A DNA stretch of 64,000 bases from Pseudovirgaria hyperparasitica (Eukaryota). A program made the position numbers and the translations under genes. The notes below the pieces were generated by a model. The model was not told the DNA's origin. It was given only the letters and a program-made list of their open reading frames with translations, and ran no database searches. Below, in pieces: positions 1-11,581 of this stretch; the first letter of the stretch is position 1, and every line of letters begins with the position of its first letter. The stretch is taken from the NCBI GenBank assembly GCA_010093815.1, contig ML996574.1. The stretch is one strand, 5' to 3'.

Positions 1-986
1 GTTTAATAGTCCACGTCTATTCTTACAACGAACGAAGTTTGAATACAACTGCGGCAACTGTGACTTTAAACACCAAGCAGCCCATGGTTTCCGGATATTT
101 GAAGTAGCATAGCAGCAGTGACCACACCCACTCTCCAAAAATACCTCCCAGTCCCTGTCGATACCTATCTTATGAGCGCGTAGAGGTATCGAAAAACCCG
201 ACGATCCCTTTAGCAGATGCCAGGATCTATCCGCCGTCAAGTAGCTGCCAGGCACAGCGCCATACGAAAGTCCATGATTCCCACACACGAGAAGCAGGAT
301 CAAGGCGCTAATTTCCGTAGTCCTGCATAGATGCCTCAAGGCCTGCGAGAGGGCCTGCGGATAGAACAGCGCAACTTCGAATCAGAAGATGTACTCTCCA
401 CGACAGGTGGTCGAGAAACGGGTGACGGCTCGAGCCTTGCAGCATGACACACAAAGGCAGACGAATACGGAGGTAGATTCAACCGCTGGCTGTTTTTAGA
501 ATCCTTGTCCCGCATGCTTGCCGAAACGCTGCAGGGCTGCAGGTACTTGCAAAGCTGGTTTGCGGCGCAGTGATAGGTTCATGAGCTCTAAGCGCCCAGA
601 ACGCGCTAAGGCCGCGATGCTTCAAACGACTCCTCTCGAAATCTGGCCTTCGAGATGCACATGAACCACTCAAATCCTGTCGAACCATTCGCGGGAAAAA
701 TCAAATCGTGACTCTATGCCGTCGCCGAGTGGATCTCACGATTCACTTCGACTTCTTCTGATGACCTTCGCTTATGCATCACAGCGGTCATCCCTGGCGA
801 GCGTCGCCATGGCTACACGGAGAACATCTTCGTTCTACGATCGGTGCAAGTAGCAGAAGGATATTGGCGCTCGTGAAAACTTGGTACTCTTGATGCAGTC
901 CTCAAACTCTGGCATACAAAATGAAAGACCACCTGAGCGTATGTGTAGTGGCCCATACCATTATACGATAATCTTGCAGGTCACCT

Positions 987-1790
987 TTAGCACAACTGAT
1001 TCGCCAGGCCCCCGGTTGAAATCCATCTCTTCTCCTTCAAGGACTCTTTACCTTTTCTTCTCTTGGCTACCTGGAGAGGGTGCTCTCTTTCCCATCTTTC
1101 GTCTGCCTTATATGCGTCGATTGCAATTTCGAGATCATATTCAGCCTGTTGTAGATACAGAAGAGCGACATCGTATTCGGCGACCTTACAGGCAACCATC
1201 CATTTCCGAACTTTGCTCTTTCGTAGTTCCTCTTCTTCGCCATGAATGGGGCGCGGACTCAGGCTCACCCCACCTTTGTAGAATTCACCAGGTATGAGGA
1301 CAGCTCTTCGGGCTGGTAGTAGATGATCAGTGAAAACGCTGTTCTTCCTCCTCAGAGCCTCAGCTGGGACTCCATATCTGAGCGATAACGACGCTATGGT
1401 ATCTCTATCGTGGTCTACAAAATGTAACACATCATCTGCAGGACTATCGCCCTTCCAGACCTTCTTTCCAGATACATCCATGACATTCTCCCCTTCCGAA
1501 TACGGAGGTGGCTGTTCTTCAGAATCATATCTTGGGTTGGGGAGTGATGGTGGCGAGTAGGCAGGTGGATCGCGCAGGCCTTGTGGGAGAATAGATGGAC
1601 CGGTAGTAACTTGACAGAAAGGACAGTACGATGCGAATCTTGGGTTATCCGTTATGCATCGCACGCAAATGATACGCGTGCAGCACTGTAATCGCCGTTC
1701 GAACTGAGCGGGCTTCTCCGTCTTCTCATCATAACTTGGCGGGATAGTTGACAGCAAGGACGCGCAGGTGCAGCAGACTTCTGGATTCAT
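987..1790 (-). CDS. Intracellular LysM-domain protein with N-terminal Cys-rich (RING-like) region and C-terminal UBA-like helices
   Basis: Single-exon 267 aa ORF. LysM-like segment VLHFVDHDRDTIASLSLRYGVPAEALRRKN...VLIP; Cys pairs CCTC/CC..ICVRC/CPFC; no signal peptide. Confidence 0.8.
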   Translation of the reverse strand: MNPEVCCTCASLLSTIPPSYDEKTEKPAQFERRLQCCTRIICVRCITDNPRFASYCPFCQVTTGPSILPQGLRDPPAYSPPSLPNPRYDSEEQPPPYSEGENVMDVSGKKVWKGDSPADDVLHFVDHDRDTIASLSLRYGVPAEALRRKNSVFTDHLLPARRAVLIPGEFYKGGVSLSPRPIHGEEEELRKSKVRKWMVACKVAEYDVALLYLQQAEYDLEIAIDAYKADERWEREHPLQVAKRRKGKESLKEKRWISTGGLANQLC

Positions 1791-2108
1791 GTTGAAAGTC
1801 TTGCTGAGGATTTGAGTGGGAGTAAGTACTAGGGGCAGAGTAATATAGGAAGGTAGAGAGCATCTGCACTTCGGACGCCATAAGCCCTGATCATCACTTC
1901 GTTTATGTCATTGAAACGATGCGTCGGCTGGTCGGCGTTTGGATGTGGAGAGTCCGCACCTACCTGGTGATGCCAAGACTTCTGGCCGAAGTGGGCCCAC
2001 CTCGCTTAAGCGAACACCACCAAATTTGCTTCGCAGCAGTCTCGAAATATCTAACCGACAACGATCACAACGACCCTCAACAGTACGTTCATACTCCCCG
2101 CCTTCGAG

Positions 2109-2293
2109 GTATGTTTACCTTCGATTACCGAGTGCCCTTCAGGTAGCCTGGGAGGGCAATCAACTGTCCAGCAATTCATATTGCATGTCCAGTTGATACG
2201 CATCTCCCTATGCGACAAGAGCTGAAGAACCCTTCTCGACTGAAGGGCACTCTTTGTGCTCTAGGCTTCTGGAGGCTAACGTAATATCACCAG
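2109..2293 (+). other. Predicted 5'-UTR intron of RPS22 containing a long stem-loop
   Basis: GTATGT donor at 2109, GCTAAC branch point 2275-2280, CAG acceptor 2291-2293, upstream of the ATG at 2341. Yeast RPS22B also has a 5'-UTR intron. Confidence 0.75.
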
Positions 2294-2340
2294 ATACCTC
2301 ACTCGCAACTCGCCACTGAGAATCTCATCACATCGCCAAA

Positions 2341-2930
2341 ATGGTCAAGACAAGTGTGCTCAACGATGCGCTCAAATCCATCAACAACGCCGAGAAGGCC
2401 GGCAAGCGCCAGGTCCTGATCCGCCCATCCTCCAAGGTCATTGTGAAGACTTTGACTGTCATGCAAAAGCACGGTATGGGCACACTTTCTCATCATCCCT
2501 TCCCCCTTCCTCAATCGGGCTGATAACTAGGCAACGGTTTCGTTCTCCTACGATCTTTGCCCTTTAAGTGCCCGAAAGAATAAACTTTCTGTGATGATCT
2601 TACACTCTGTCGTTCATTACTTGCTGCGTTCAGTGTTTAAATTGTCACAATATACTGACATCACTTCCAGGATACATTGGTGAATTTGAGGAAATCGACG
2701 ACCACCGCAACGGCAAGATCGTCGTCCAGCTTCTTGGACGTCTGAACAAGACTGGTGTTATCAGCCCCCGCTACAACGTACAGCTAGGTGACCTCGAGAA
2801 GTGGGTTGTCAAGCTCCTTCCGTCCCGTCAATTCGGATACATCGTCCTCACGACTTCCGCGGGTATCATGGACCACGAGGAGGCCAGGAGAAAGCACGTC
2901 GCCGGCAAGATCTTGGCTTTCTTCTACTAG
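2341..2930 (+). CDS. RPS22: 40S ribosomal protein S22 (uS8/S15a); exons 2341-2473, 2671-2930
   Basis: [35 protein letters not shown]...[25 protein letters not shown]...[20 protein letters not shown]; intron 2474-2670 (GT...CAG). Confidence 0.98.
2513..2655 (+). ncRNA. snR44: Intronic box H/ACA snoRNA, snR44 orthologue
   Basis: Hairpin 1 TCGGGC(2515-20)/GCCCGA(2570-75) is followed by an ANANNA H box (~2575-82). Its pocket strands GATAACT(2522-28) and TTTAA(2563-67) complement SSU rRNA UUAAA-UC-AGUUAUC. Hairpin 2 pocket strands TCTTACA(2598-2604) and TTTAAA(2636-41) complement LSU UUUAAA-UA-UGUAAGA; ATA box at ~2650. Yeast snR44 lies in an RPS22B intron and guides 18S psi106 and 25S psi1056 (rRNA targets recalled, not in this window). 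Confidence 0.85.
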
Positions 2931-3325
2931 AGTATCTGTCGCTAGGAAATGTGAAAATATGCTATGTTGATAGAGCTGGTTGGAGTGACAGAGTGCCGAA
3001 CGCGTATGAACGGCGTTCTCAAAATCAAAAAGTCTTACACATCCGAGACAAACCAATTTTGCCGAAGATATCCATGCTCAAAAAGAAGAGCTTCTTTTCT
3101 AATCTTACCCATGCAATGTGCCTGTGAACTGCCATAACATATCTGCATGTCGACTCGTATTCGTTACTAGCTTGTCCCTATAAACAGCCTCGGTTCGGTG
3201 TATATGAACCCCTCGTACATGGTACCTCATCGACGTCTGCACCCAAGAGCTTCAAATGCAAAATCGTTCCGCTCGCCCTCAACACCATCATCCAGCCCTT
3301 TGACTTCATTCGCGCTCACGGTACT

Positions 3326-4302
3326 ATGTTAGAAAAGATCTATGTCGTTCGACATGGAGTAAGTCCTCCGTATTCTGGCGCTTTCCGTGTCCGTCAATCT
3401 TGTAATCATCTCAGTAATTAATGCTACTGCAGTATCGCTCCAACTGGGTCGTCAACTCGACTACTGGCGAATACACCTCCAGTGTACGCACACCCACGGG
3501 CATTGCCGCCGACCCACCTCTCGCCGGCTACGGCGAGATCCAAGCCCGCGAGCTTGCCACGCACCTCACCAGCATCCAACCTCCCGTCGACGTGATATTC
3601 TCCTCGCCATACTACCGGTGTCTCCAGACGCTCTCGCCCACAGTCACATCTCTTCGCAAATCAAGGCAACAAGACGTTCGCGTGCGCATCGAGCATGGTC
3701 TCGCAGAATTCTTCGGCCGCGCCCACTTCACCCATCCACGACCCGCGGCACTCGACGTCTTGAGCACACACTTCGACTTCATCGACCATGGGCACACGAA
3801 GTTCATTGAGAGTAGTGTGTATGGCGAGAGCATAGAGGCGCTGCATGCGCGGCTGGCGTATACCTTGCATAGGCTGATTGAGATGCTCGATGCTGAGCAA
3901 GGTGCGCCGCGCACGCTGCTGATTTGTAGCCATGCCGCGAGTATGATTGCGATGGGGCGGGTGCTGACGGGGCGTATGCCGGAGGATCCGAATGAGGAGG
4001 ACTTTCGGGTGGGAACTTGTAGCTTGAGTGTTTATGAGCGACGGGCAGGGCAGGGACAGGAAGGGGTCGAAACGTGGGATGAGAGTCGACCGGAGGCTGT
4101 GCCGGAGTTGGACTGGCAGAGAGGTAAAGGAGTCGGTGGAGGGTGGAATTGTGTTGCAAATGGAGATTGTAGTTTCTTACAAGGGGGCGAGGAGAAGACA
4201 TGGAGGTTTTCAGGGGACGAGAGTTTTCTGAAGGATCCTAATGCGTATAACGAGAAGATGAACCAGGAAAAAGAAAAGGCAACGGGAGCTTCAAGACTAT
4301 AG
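3326..4302 (+). CDS. Histidine phosphatase/phosphoglycerate mutase-like protein (Tfc7/tau55 N-domain-like); exons 3326-3358, 3433-4302
   Basis: MLEKIYVVRHG|YRSNW (RHG motif), DPPLAGYG, FSSPYYRCLQT, ICSHAA, GDCSFLQGGEEKTW; GTAAGT...CAG intron. Confidence 0.88.
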
Positions 4303-4544
4303 AGGCATGCTTTAAAGATAGAACACTCAGGCAATGATACCCAGTATACATTTCACGATTGGACTGTATTGCAAATCACGAGGCGCGATGATGAACGTCA
4401 TGGTATTGGTCGTTATTTATGACCTTAGTAACGTAGACCCGATGCAGGAACATGCAAAATAAGGAAGTCGCTTCCGTGCCCTTAAGCCCATGTTCGCCAA
4501 TGAGTTTTTCTACACCTTAATTCATCCCCTGATCCCAATTTCAT

Positions 4545-5418
4545 CTAACCCTGGGTGAGAGCCCTTCGGGTACGAACACCGCGCTGGCGGGAGCTAAGAT
4601 GTGCTTGCTCACGGGCAACGACATTCGGTGCCTTTTGGATAACTTCCTCGCCCTCCGTAAGGATCAGCTCGATGTGGCAAGGGTTCGACATGTAGGGGTT
4701 AATCTATTGACCGTGTTAATCGTGCAACACACCCACGAGTCTGATTGATATTCAACATACACGACCGTGTGCACGGTATGTGCGTCTCCTCTGCTTAGGT
4801 GCCTGGTTGACCTGGATGTGCTTCACGACGAGATTGCTGGTGTCCAGACCCTTGGTATCGGCGTTGGCCTCAGCGTTCTTAAGAAGTCCAAGAAGGAACT
4901 CGGCAGACTTAACGGGCCAGCGAGCCCTGGAAACACCGAATTGCTTTCCTGTAGAACCATAACGTCAGCTATCCGTCCTTGTAACATATGCCAAGCCATA
5001 TCATTCCAAATCCAAGCATTTCTACCCAGAGAAAAGTATTCAGCCGCAAAACAGCTTTTCTGCCTTCTTGAAGAGATTCCGTCCTGTAACGTACCCTGAG
5101 CACAACGTCCAGTACCGCCGGCATAGCGTCTCATTGGGATAGCCTCCTTCTGCTCGGTGACGTTGCCCAGGTAGGCGAGGGCGCGCTGAAGCTTCAAGCC
5201 ATTGATGGCCTGGGCAGTCTCACGAGTGTTCTTGTAGGAGACACGGAGGTAAGAGCCGCGAGCGCGAGCGCTCTTTGCGTTGTCGATTTCAGTCGCAGCG
5301 TAGCGGACCTGCGGTGCAGACTTTTGTTAGCACTCCATTGCATCGCAAAGACAGTTCGGTCGATGCATCGAGTGCATGGCGAAGAATCCGAGCTCAAAGA
5401 TTCGGGGCAACTCACCAT
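4545..5418 (-). CDS. RPL17: 60S ribosomal protein L17 (uL22); exons 5418-5416, 5308-5095, 4948-4761, 4703-4545
   Basis: [38 protein letters not shown]...[18 protein letters not shown]...[19 protein letters not shown]; canonical splice sites. Confidence 0.97.
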
Positions 5419-5764
5419 CGTGGCGGCTGTGGGTGATGAGTCCTGTGGTAATGTTGTCGTTAGTACGGTCGGTCGCTGAGGTTGAAGTTCGAGATCGAAA
5501 ATGTGCAGAGGTGGTGTGGCTGTCGTGTGATTGGTTGAGCAAGCGACCGGCAAAACTACGCCGAAAACGCCGACAAAATAGTTTTTCGAGTGAGAAACTT
5601 CAGAGCTTCCGTAGCTCAGTGTGCTCCGTCTACGCCCTCGCACTCAACACAATTCAACTAAAAGTCTGCAGACTTGATATACGACACCCTACGCAAAGTT
5701 ATACTTTGGTTCATCGACTAAGCACGCAATCTTCGAAATCGACACTAGCGTACACTAGGAAAAA

Positions 5765-6887
5765 ATGGCATTTACACCAAGAGGCGGAAGAGGAGGTGGT
5801 GATCGCGGCGGACGCGGTGGATTTGGAGGCCGTGGAGGAGCCCGAGGAGGAAGCCGTGGAGGTAATCGAAATTCTACCAATGCGCTCGGAGAGGACGCAA
5901 TTATGCATGCGCCGAAGCAAGCGTGCCTCATAAGAAGAACTCCGCTAACAGTTTCACAGGCTTTGGAGGCGACCGTGGCGGCCGAGGTGGTGGCCGTGGA
6001 GGCGGCCGTGGAGCTCCAAGAGGAGGTGCTCGCGGTCGCGGTGCCCCTCGTGGAGGTGGACGAGGTGGTGCTGGTGCCAAAGGTGGCCAGAGAGTCGTGA
6101 TCGTATGTGCCCTGCATGAAGCTGCGCCATCATTTCACTAATAGCATCGTAGGAGCCCCATCGTCACGCAGGTGTTTTCGTCGCCCGTGGAAAAGAAGAT
6201 CTCCTCGTGACTCGCAATCTGACACCTGGCGAATCTGTCTACGGGGAGAAGCGCATTTCAGTTCCCAGCTCAGAGCTTTCTGGCGTCAATGGCGCCACTG
6301 ACCCAGATGCTCCTGTGACACAAGTCGAATACCGTGTGTGGAATCCTTTCCGCAGTAAGCTGGCTGCTGGTATCCTCGGTGGTATCAACGACATTTTTAT
6401 GCGCCCCGGTTCGAAGGTTCTATACTTGGGTGCCGCCTCTGGTACCTCTGTATCTCACGTCGCGGATATTGTTGGCCCCGAAGGCACTGTTTTCGCTGTC
6501 GAGTTTTCTCACCGCTCAGGCCGTGACCTGATCAACATGGCCACCCATCGTACTAATGTCATTCCTATCGTTGAGGACGCCCGCCATCCTCTCAAGTACC
6601 GCATGCTTGTTTCCATGGTCGACTGCATTTTTGCCGATGTTGCCCAGCCTGACCAGGCCCGTATCGTCGGTTTGAACGCACATCTATTCTTGAAGGTCGG
6701 TGGGGGTGTCATTGTCAGTATCAAGGCAAACTGTATCGATTCCACAGCCGCTCCGGAGGCTGTTTTCGCGAAGGAGGTCGCGAAGATGAGGGAAGAGAGG
6801 ATAAAGCCATTGGAGCAGCTCACTCTAGAGCCTTTCGAGAGAGACCACGCCATGGTCTGCGGTATCTACCAAAGATCTTCCTCGTAA
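5765..6887 (+). CDS. NOP1: Fibrillarin (rRNA 2'-O-methyltransferase); exons 5765-5861, 5960-6102, 6153-6887
   Basis: RGG/GAR N-terminus; [52 protein letters not shown]. Divergent from RPL17 across ~345 bp. Confidence 0.98.
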
Positions 6888-7096
6888 AAGCGACGTATCT
6901 AGTTTCTCTTTTGGGTTTATTATGGCATTTTTTGTTCGGGAATGGTGTAAAACGGGCCTGGCGTTTACGGTATTGTACATCGGCTCGTGCTATCAAGGTA
7001 GTTCGTATGCAGCAGCCCCAATGCACTTTCCTGGTAGCCTGATATACGGGACTAATCCTATTCATCACGCTATTCATATCTCGTGCTATAACTACT

Positions 7097-8939
7097 TTAG
7101 TACACATACCGAAAGTTCATATTCTCTCGATCCGTCAAATCGCCAAATGCCGTCCGGTCCGTATCTGTACGCCCGCCGCCCAAACGATCTCTCCTCGCAT
7201 TCTCCCAGCTCATCATGGCCCTGAATGTTAATACAATAACCACTTCTGCCAGATGACAGAAGATCATACTCCAAATTCCTAGTTCATACCCTGGCGCCTG
7301 ATTTGTACGATAGAAGAACGGTCCCGCGATATTTCCAACACAGTATCCAAGAAACAGGAAGCTATTGGTAACAACCTTCTTCGTGTGTCCAGACGTGTTC
7401 GCAATCGTCAAACTGAGTACGAGTACGAAAGATGCATTGTACGAGCCGGTAAGGTAATAACACATCAGCCGCGCGACGTGATGCTGCTGAGGTATGTATC
7501 GCAGCCCAAAAGTCCCAGCAATATTCGGCATAGTGTATAGCAGTATAAACCAGCACCGCGTGTTCCAGCCCTTGCGTGTCGCAGTCCAATCGTTCAGATA
7601 CACACAGCTCAGAATGAACAGCGCAATCAGCACGCCATACGGGACTTGCAACAGAGTCGTCACGAGCGTCGAGTATCCAAACCCCTTGATGATCAGCGTG
7701 CCAAAGTTTGATATACCGCCATTGGGCGTATTATGAACTGCGCCCAGGATGAAGAAGAACCACGTCTTGGGATCGAGTACAGCTTCCCAGATTTGATATG
7801 GTTTAAGCGTCTTGTTCTCGATACCAGTCTGATTTGAGCGCAAACGCTCGACTGCAACGAGTCGTTGGCGGGGCGTGAGACCCGGAGCCGTAACCGGGGT
7901 GTCGGGAAGGAAGATAATCATAACAATGCCCCAGGTAGAACAGAGTGCTATCAGACCCGTCAGTCCATTAGAGACTTCAAGCGGTTGGGTGCTGGTCAGT
8001 TACGTGTCGCACAGCCTACTCACCTCCAATGATCAGAAACTCGTACTTCCAGCTTGCCAGCGCTCCCCGGATATGCCCAATCGCATACCCTAGTAGCCCA
8101 CCAAGTGCGATCCCAAACCCATTCGCCGTGTACCATAGCCCGATCCGCACTGGCTGCTCGCGCCGCGTGTACCACATGGATGTGATCAACATGAACGCCG
8201 GGTCAGAGCATGCTTCTGCGGCACCGGAAATGGCGCGAAGAGCGGCGAGGCCGGCGAAGTTCTAGCATGACTTGTCAGTGTGCTTTCAAATGTAGGTAGG
8301 AGGGGGACGGGAAGGGAGTACCTTTGCAGCAGCCTGCATCATCAAGAATACGCCCCACATGAAGATGTTGGCCCCAAGGTACTTGCCAACTGGTAGGCGT
8401 TGCATCAGGAAGTTTGTCGGAAACGCCCATGCTAGAAAACCGAAGTAGAAGATGCTGCTCAGCCAGTTATATTTGTTCCCGACTAGATTGAGGTCTTCTC
8501 TGATGCCGAAGATTGCGGCGTAGGAAAGGGTGGTTTTGTCACTGTTGTGGTTAGTCAAGTGTCAATGTTTTATAATAAAGGGGTTTGGGATTTCGAGAGT
8601 ATTGCATAGAACTTACATGTAGAAGAACGCGTAGCAGACAGCAAGGTAGGGGAGGATCATGAGGTCAATTTTACGAATGAGTGCTTTCTCTTCAGCGGCA
8701 GTGTACGGGGTGTGTAGGTCGAGCGGAGACTTGAAAACGGCCATGGCGGTGTCGCCATCGCCGGTTTTGGAGAGTTTCCACTCTGTACTGGATGAGTCGT
8801 TTGTAACATGCTCTTGCTGGATCGTATCTGGGCTGGCTGGCTTGTCTGTGTTAGATGGCGATGTTTGCGAGGATGATGTTGAGGCATATATCTCTGCATG
8901 TTTACTACTGCTGCCGGTGAGTTGCGAGAGGAAGCGCAT
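7097..8939 (-). CDS. MFS transporter, allantoate permease (Dal5-like, ACS) family; exons 8939-8617, 8541-8322, 8261-8024, 7947-7097
   Basis: LIRKIDLMILP, IDKTTLSYAAIFG, YNWLSSIFYFGFL, LPDTP..A..LT, NQTGIENK, NTSGHTKK, DLTDRENMNFRYVY; three GT-AG introns restore the frame. Confidence 0.93.
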
Positions 8940-9059
8940 TCTGTTTTGATTATTGGAAAGCTTATGTGGGATGCTAACTCTTGCTAGGCATGTACACCAG
9001 TCGAGTGATAGTCATGACGTAGAGTTTATAGTCCGTTCAAGAGAAGCATTAATTTATTT

Positions 9060-9098
9060 TTATCCTCTTATCTGTTAACCGTCGGTCATCTCGCCGAA
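9060..9098 (-). promoter_or_regulatory. Tandem GATAA sites plus TCGG-N8-CCGA upstream of the permease
   Basis: TTATC 9060-64 and CTTATC 9067-72 (GATA/AreA-type); CGG 9083-85, N8, CCG 9094-96 (Zn2Cys6-type inverted triplets). Confidence 0.4.
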
Positions 9099-9380
9099 CG
9101 TTCATGCACGGTCGCATTAATTACCCCGCGAATGGAAAGTGTGGAGATGTTGGGGTAGGGACAAAATACCCATATCCAATAACGATCGTCATCGAGTCAT
9201 CGCAAAGTCGAACGGAGAACGGTAACATGAAGAAGAATGAGATCTGATTTGTCCTATAGCGGTAAGCCAAGGCGGGTAAATCATGAATGAGAGGTAGACG
9301 GTTAGGTTAAGTCACTACAGTTGTGTAGGGTATCATTTTTGAATCCATTCAGAGCTAGAACTATGTATTTCATTACCTTC

Positions 9381-11178
9381 TTATAACTTCGTGGGCCTCT
9401 TTGCCTTATGGAGAGGCCCATACTTCGTTCGTACTGCATCATCAATGATTCTCATCGCTTCACACAGCCTCCTTTCCTGTAGATTAGGTGCTACTACCTG
9501 CACGCACAACGGTGTACCTATATACACTGATCGATCCGTCTCATTCCCTACCATGTTGTCAGCATGCAACTCCAAGATTTCCTAAGAGGAGACTTACAAA
9601 GTGCCCTATTTGCCTTGTCCCAGCTTCCAATGGGCTGAGTCGTCGGCAGTTCTCCCTGCACATCCTCTGGCTCGAAGATCCGAACTGGAATCGTTCCTGC
9701 CGGGTAGTCCAACATGTTGAACGTGCTGCAATAACTCGTCGCGTTCCAGCGGTCGATCTCTGGTGGTGCGTGAGGTGCTACTGGACATAGCAGCACATCG
9801 ATCTTGGGCTTGCCAGGTTGCTCTCCTGCCCAGACCTGCAACCATGCCCGCTGCATCGCCTCTCGTGCTCCATGTAGCGCGACCGCTTTGTCTGTGGGAA
9901 TCGCTGGGTGCCGTTTCATGCGCGACACAAGCCATGGATGAAGAGGCTCTTTTGTGCGCTCGAGCAGATCAAACATGTGATTGTTTCCACCGACACCCAT
10001 GAGTCTGTTGGCAAGTGCCTGACACTTAGAAAATAGGGGTGCGACATCGAGCTCAACGACGTGTATTCCGGACGTGGTGAGAGCAGATGCTGCTTCTCGA
10101 AGAGTACGGGTCACCGGCGGGTGAGGTGTGATCAAACCGTCTGTCATGATGAGACCGACAGTAATCTTGGGCGATGAGAGAGGAATGAGGCTGGACCATG
10201 GCCCAGGAATGACGTCTGAGTCAACGAGCCACGGCTCAAGATCTACGACAGTGTGCAAGAAGAGCTCGCAATCGCGAAAGGATACAGCAAGAGGCCCAGC
10301 GCTAGCAGCCATGCCGACTTTGACATGCCCGTCAAGATTGCCGCTTTCTTGGCCGTAGTATGGTATACGCTGCCAGCTAGGCTTTACGCCGTATATGCCG
10401 TTTACCATAGCTGGAATACGGATGCTTCCTCCAGCATCTGTACCGACTCCCAAGACACTGCCACGCAAGGCAATGAGTGCACCTTCGCCTCCAGTACTGC
10501 CTCCTGCCGTTACTGCTGCATTATGTGGGTTGAGGGTCCGACCGAAGACGTTATTGAATGAGTCTAAGGCGCCGAGAGTCTGTGGGACGTTAGTCTTGCA
10601 GTATAACACAGCACCTGCTTTGAGCAGTATCTCAACCAGAGATGACGGCTTGGAGGAGGCTTCAAAGCAGAGTGCTGCTATACCAATGGAGGCATCTACG
10701 CCTGGAATCTTGAAAGAGTCTTTGAGCGATATGGGAATGCCATGAAGGGCACTAAGCGGCGGCTTGCCCTCGTCAAGATGGGCATCAAGAGCTTTCGCTC
10801 GCACAAGAGCTTCAGAGAAGAGTATCTCTGTGAGGCAATTCGTCTGTCTAGGTCAGCCATGTATCTATATAGTTTGTACTGCGGGGACTCTCTTACGAGC
10901 TGCTGCGCAATTGCGGCTCTTTTACAGAACGCTCTCGTGACATCCACACACTTCAGCCTCCTCTCCTTAATAGCTACACTCAATGCCGTCGCATCATAAT
11001 TCTCCGTAATATCCAATTCATGGTCTGTCAACAGCCCGCATTCGCGAGGTACGTGGAGCACGGAATGCCGGCCGTCGCTCGACTTTGGGATCACGTTATC
11101 AGGGAGGCGCCATTGATGTGGGATCTTTGCAGCGCGCTCAGCCCGCTTGCGCAGACCTATCTTCTCCCACGCTGTCAT
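9381..11178 (-). CDS. Amidase-signature family enzyme (acetamidase/general amidase-like); exons 11178-10897, 10843-9598, 9547-9381
   Basis: LHGIPISLKD (catalytic Lys), TAGGSTGGEGALIA, GVGTDAGGSIRIPA (catalytic Ser), GTPLCVQVV. Confidence 0.93.
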
Positions 11179-11581
11179 ATTGTTGATGAAGATTGAAGCT
11201 CGACATGATCCAGTGCTGCTTGCTGGTGATGAATGCGGAGCTATCCTACCGCACCGAGGTTCGAGGTAGCGAAGAACTACACTGATGCCTGAGGCATCAA
11301 TGTCTCCATGTACCACTCTGAACAGCTTTCACTTACTGTCGAGTTTAATCACGAGTCACAGCGAGATTCGCATAAATAATTGAGTTTCAACAGAGTTGAT
11401 ACCTCGACTCTATCATAATAAATGATATGCTATACCTCCACCTATCCGTTTTTCATTGATGCATCATATCCTAATACCGAGAGTACACTCATACTCAGTC
11501 CAAAAAACCTAACGCCATGCTCATGATGCATACATAGCTACAATGCTGAACAATAAATGCAAATCCTCTGCTTTAACCTTC

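Noticed and set aside
1..880. Possible decayed gene on the + strand ending ...GYWRS*
   Set aside because: Multiple stops, no clean splice model and no recognisable domain.
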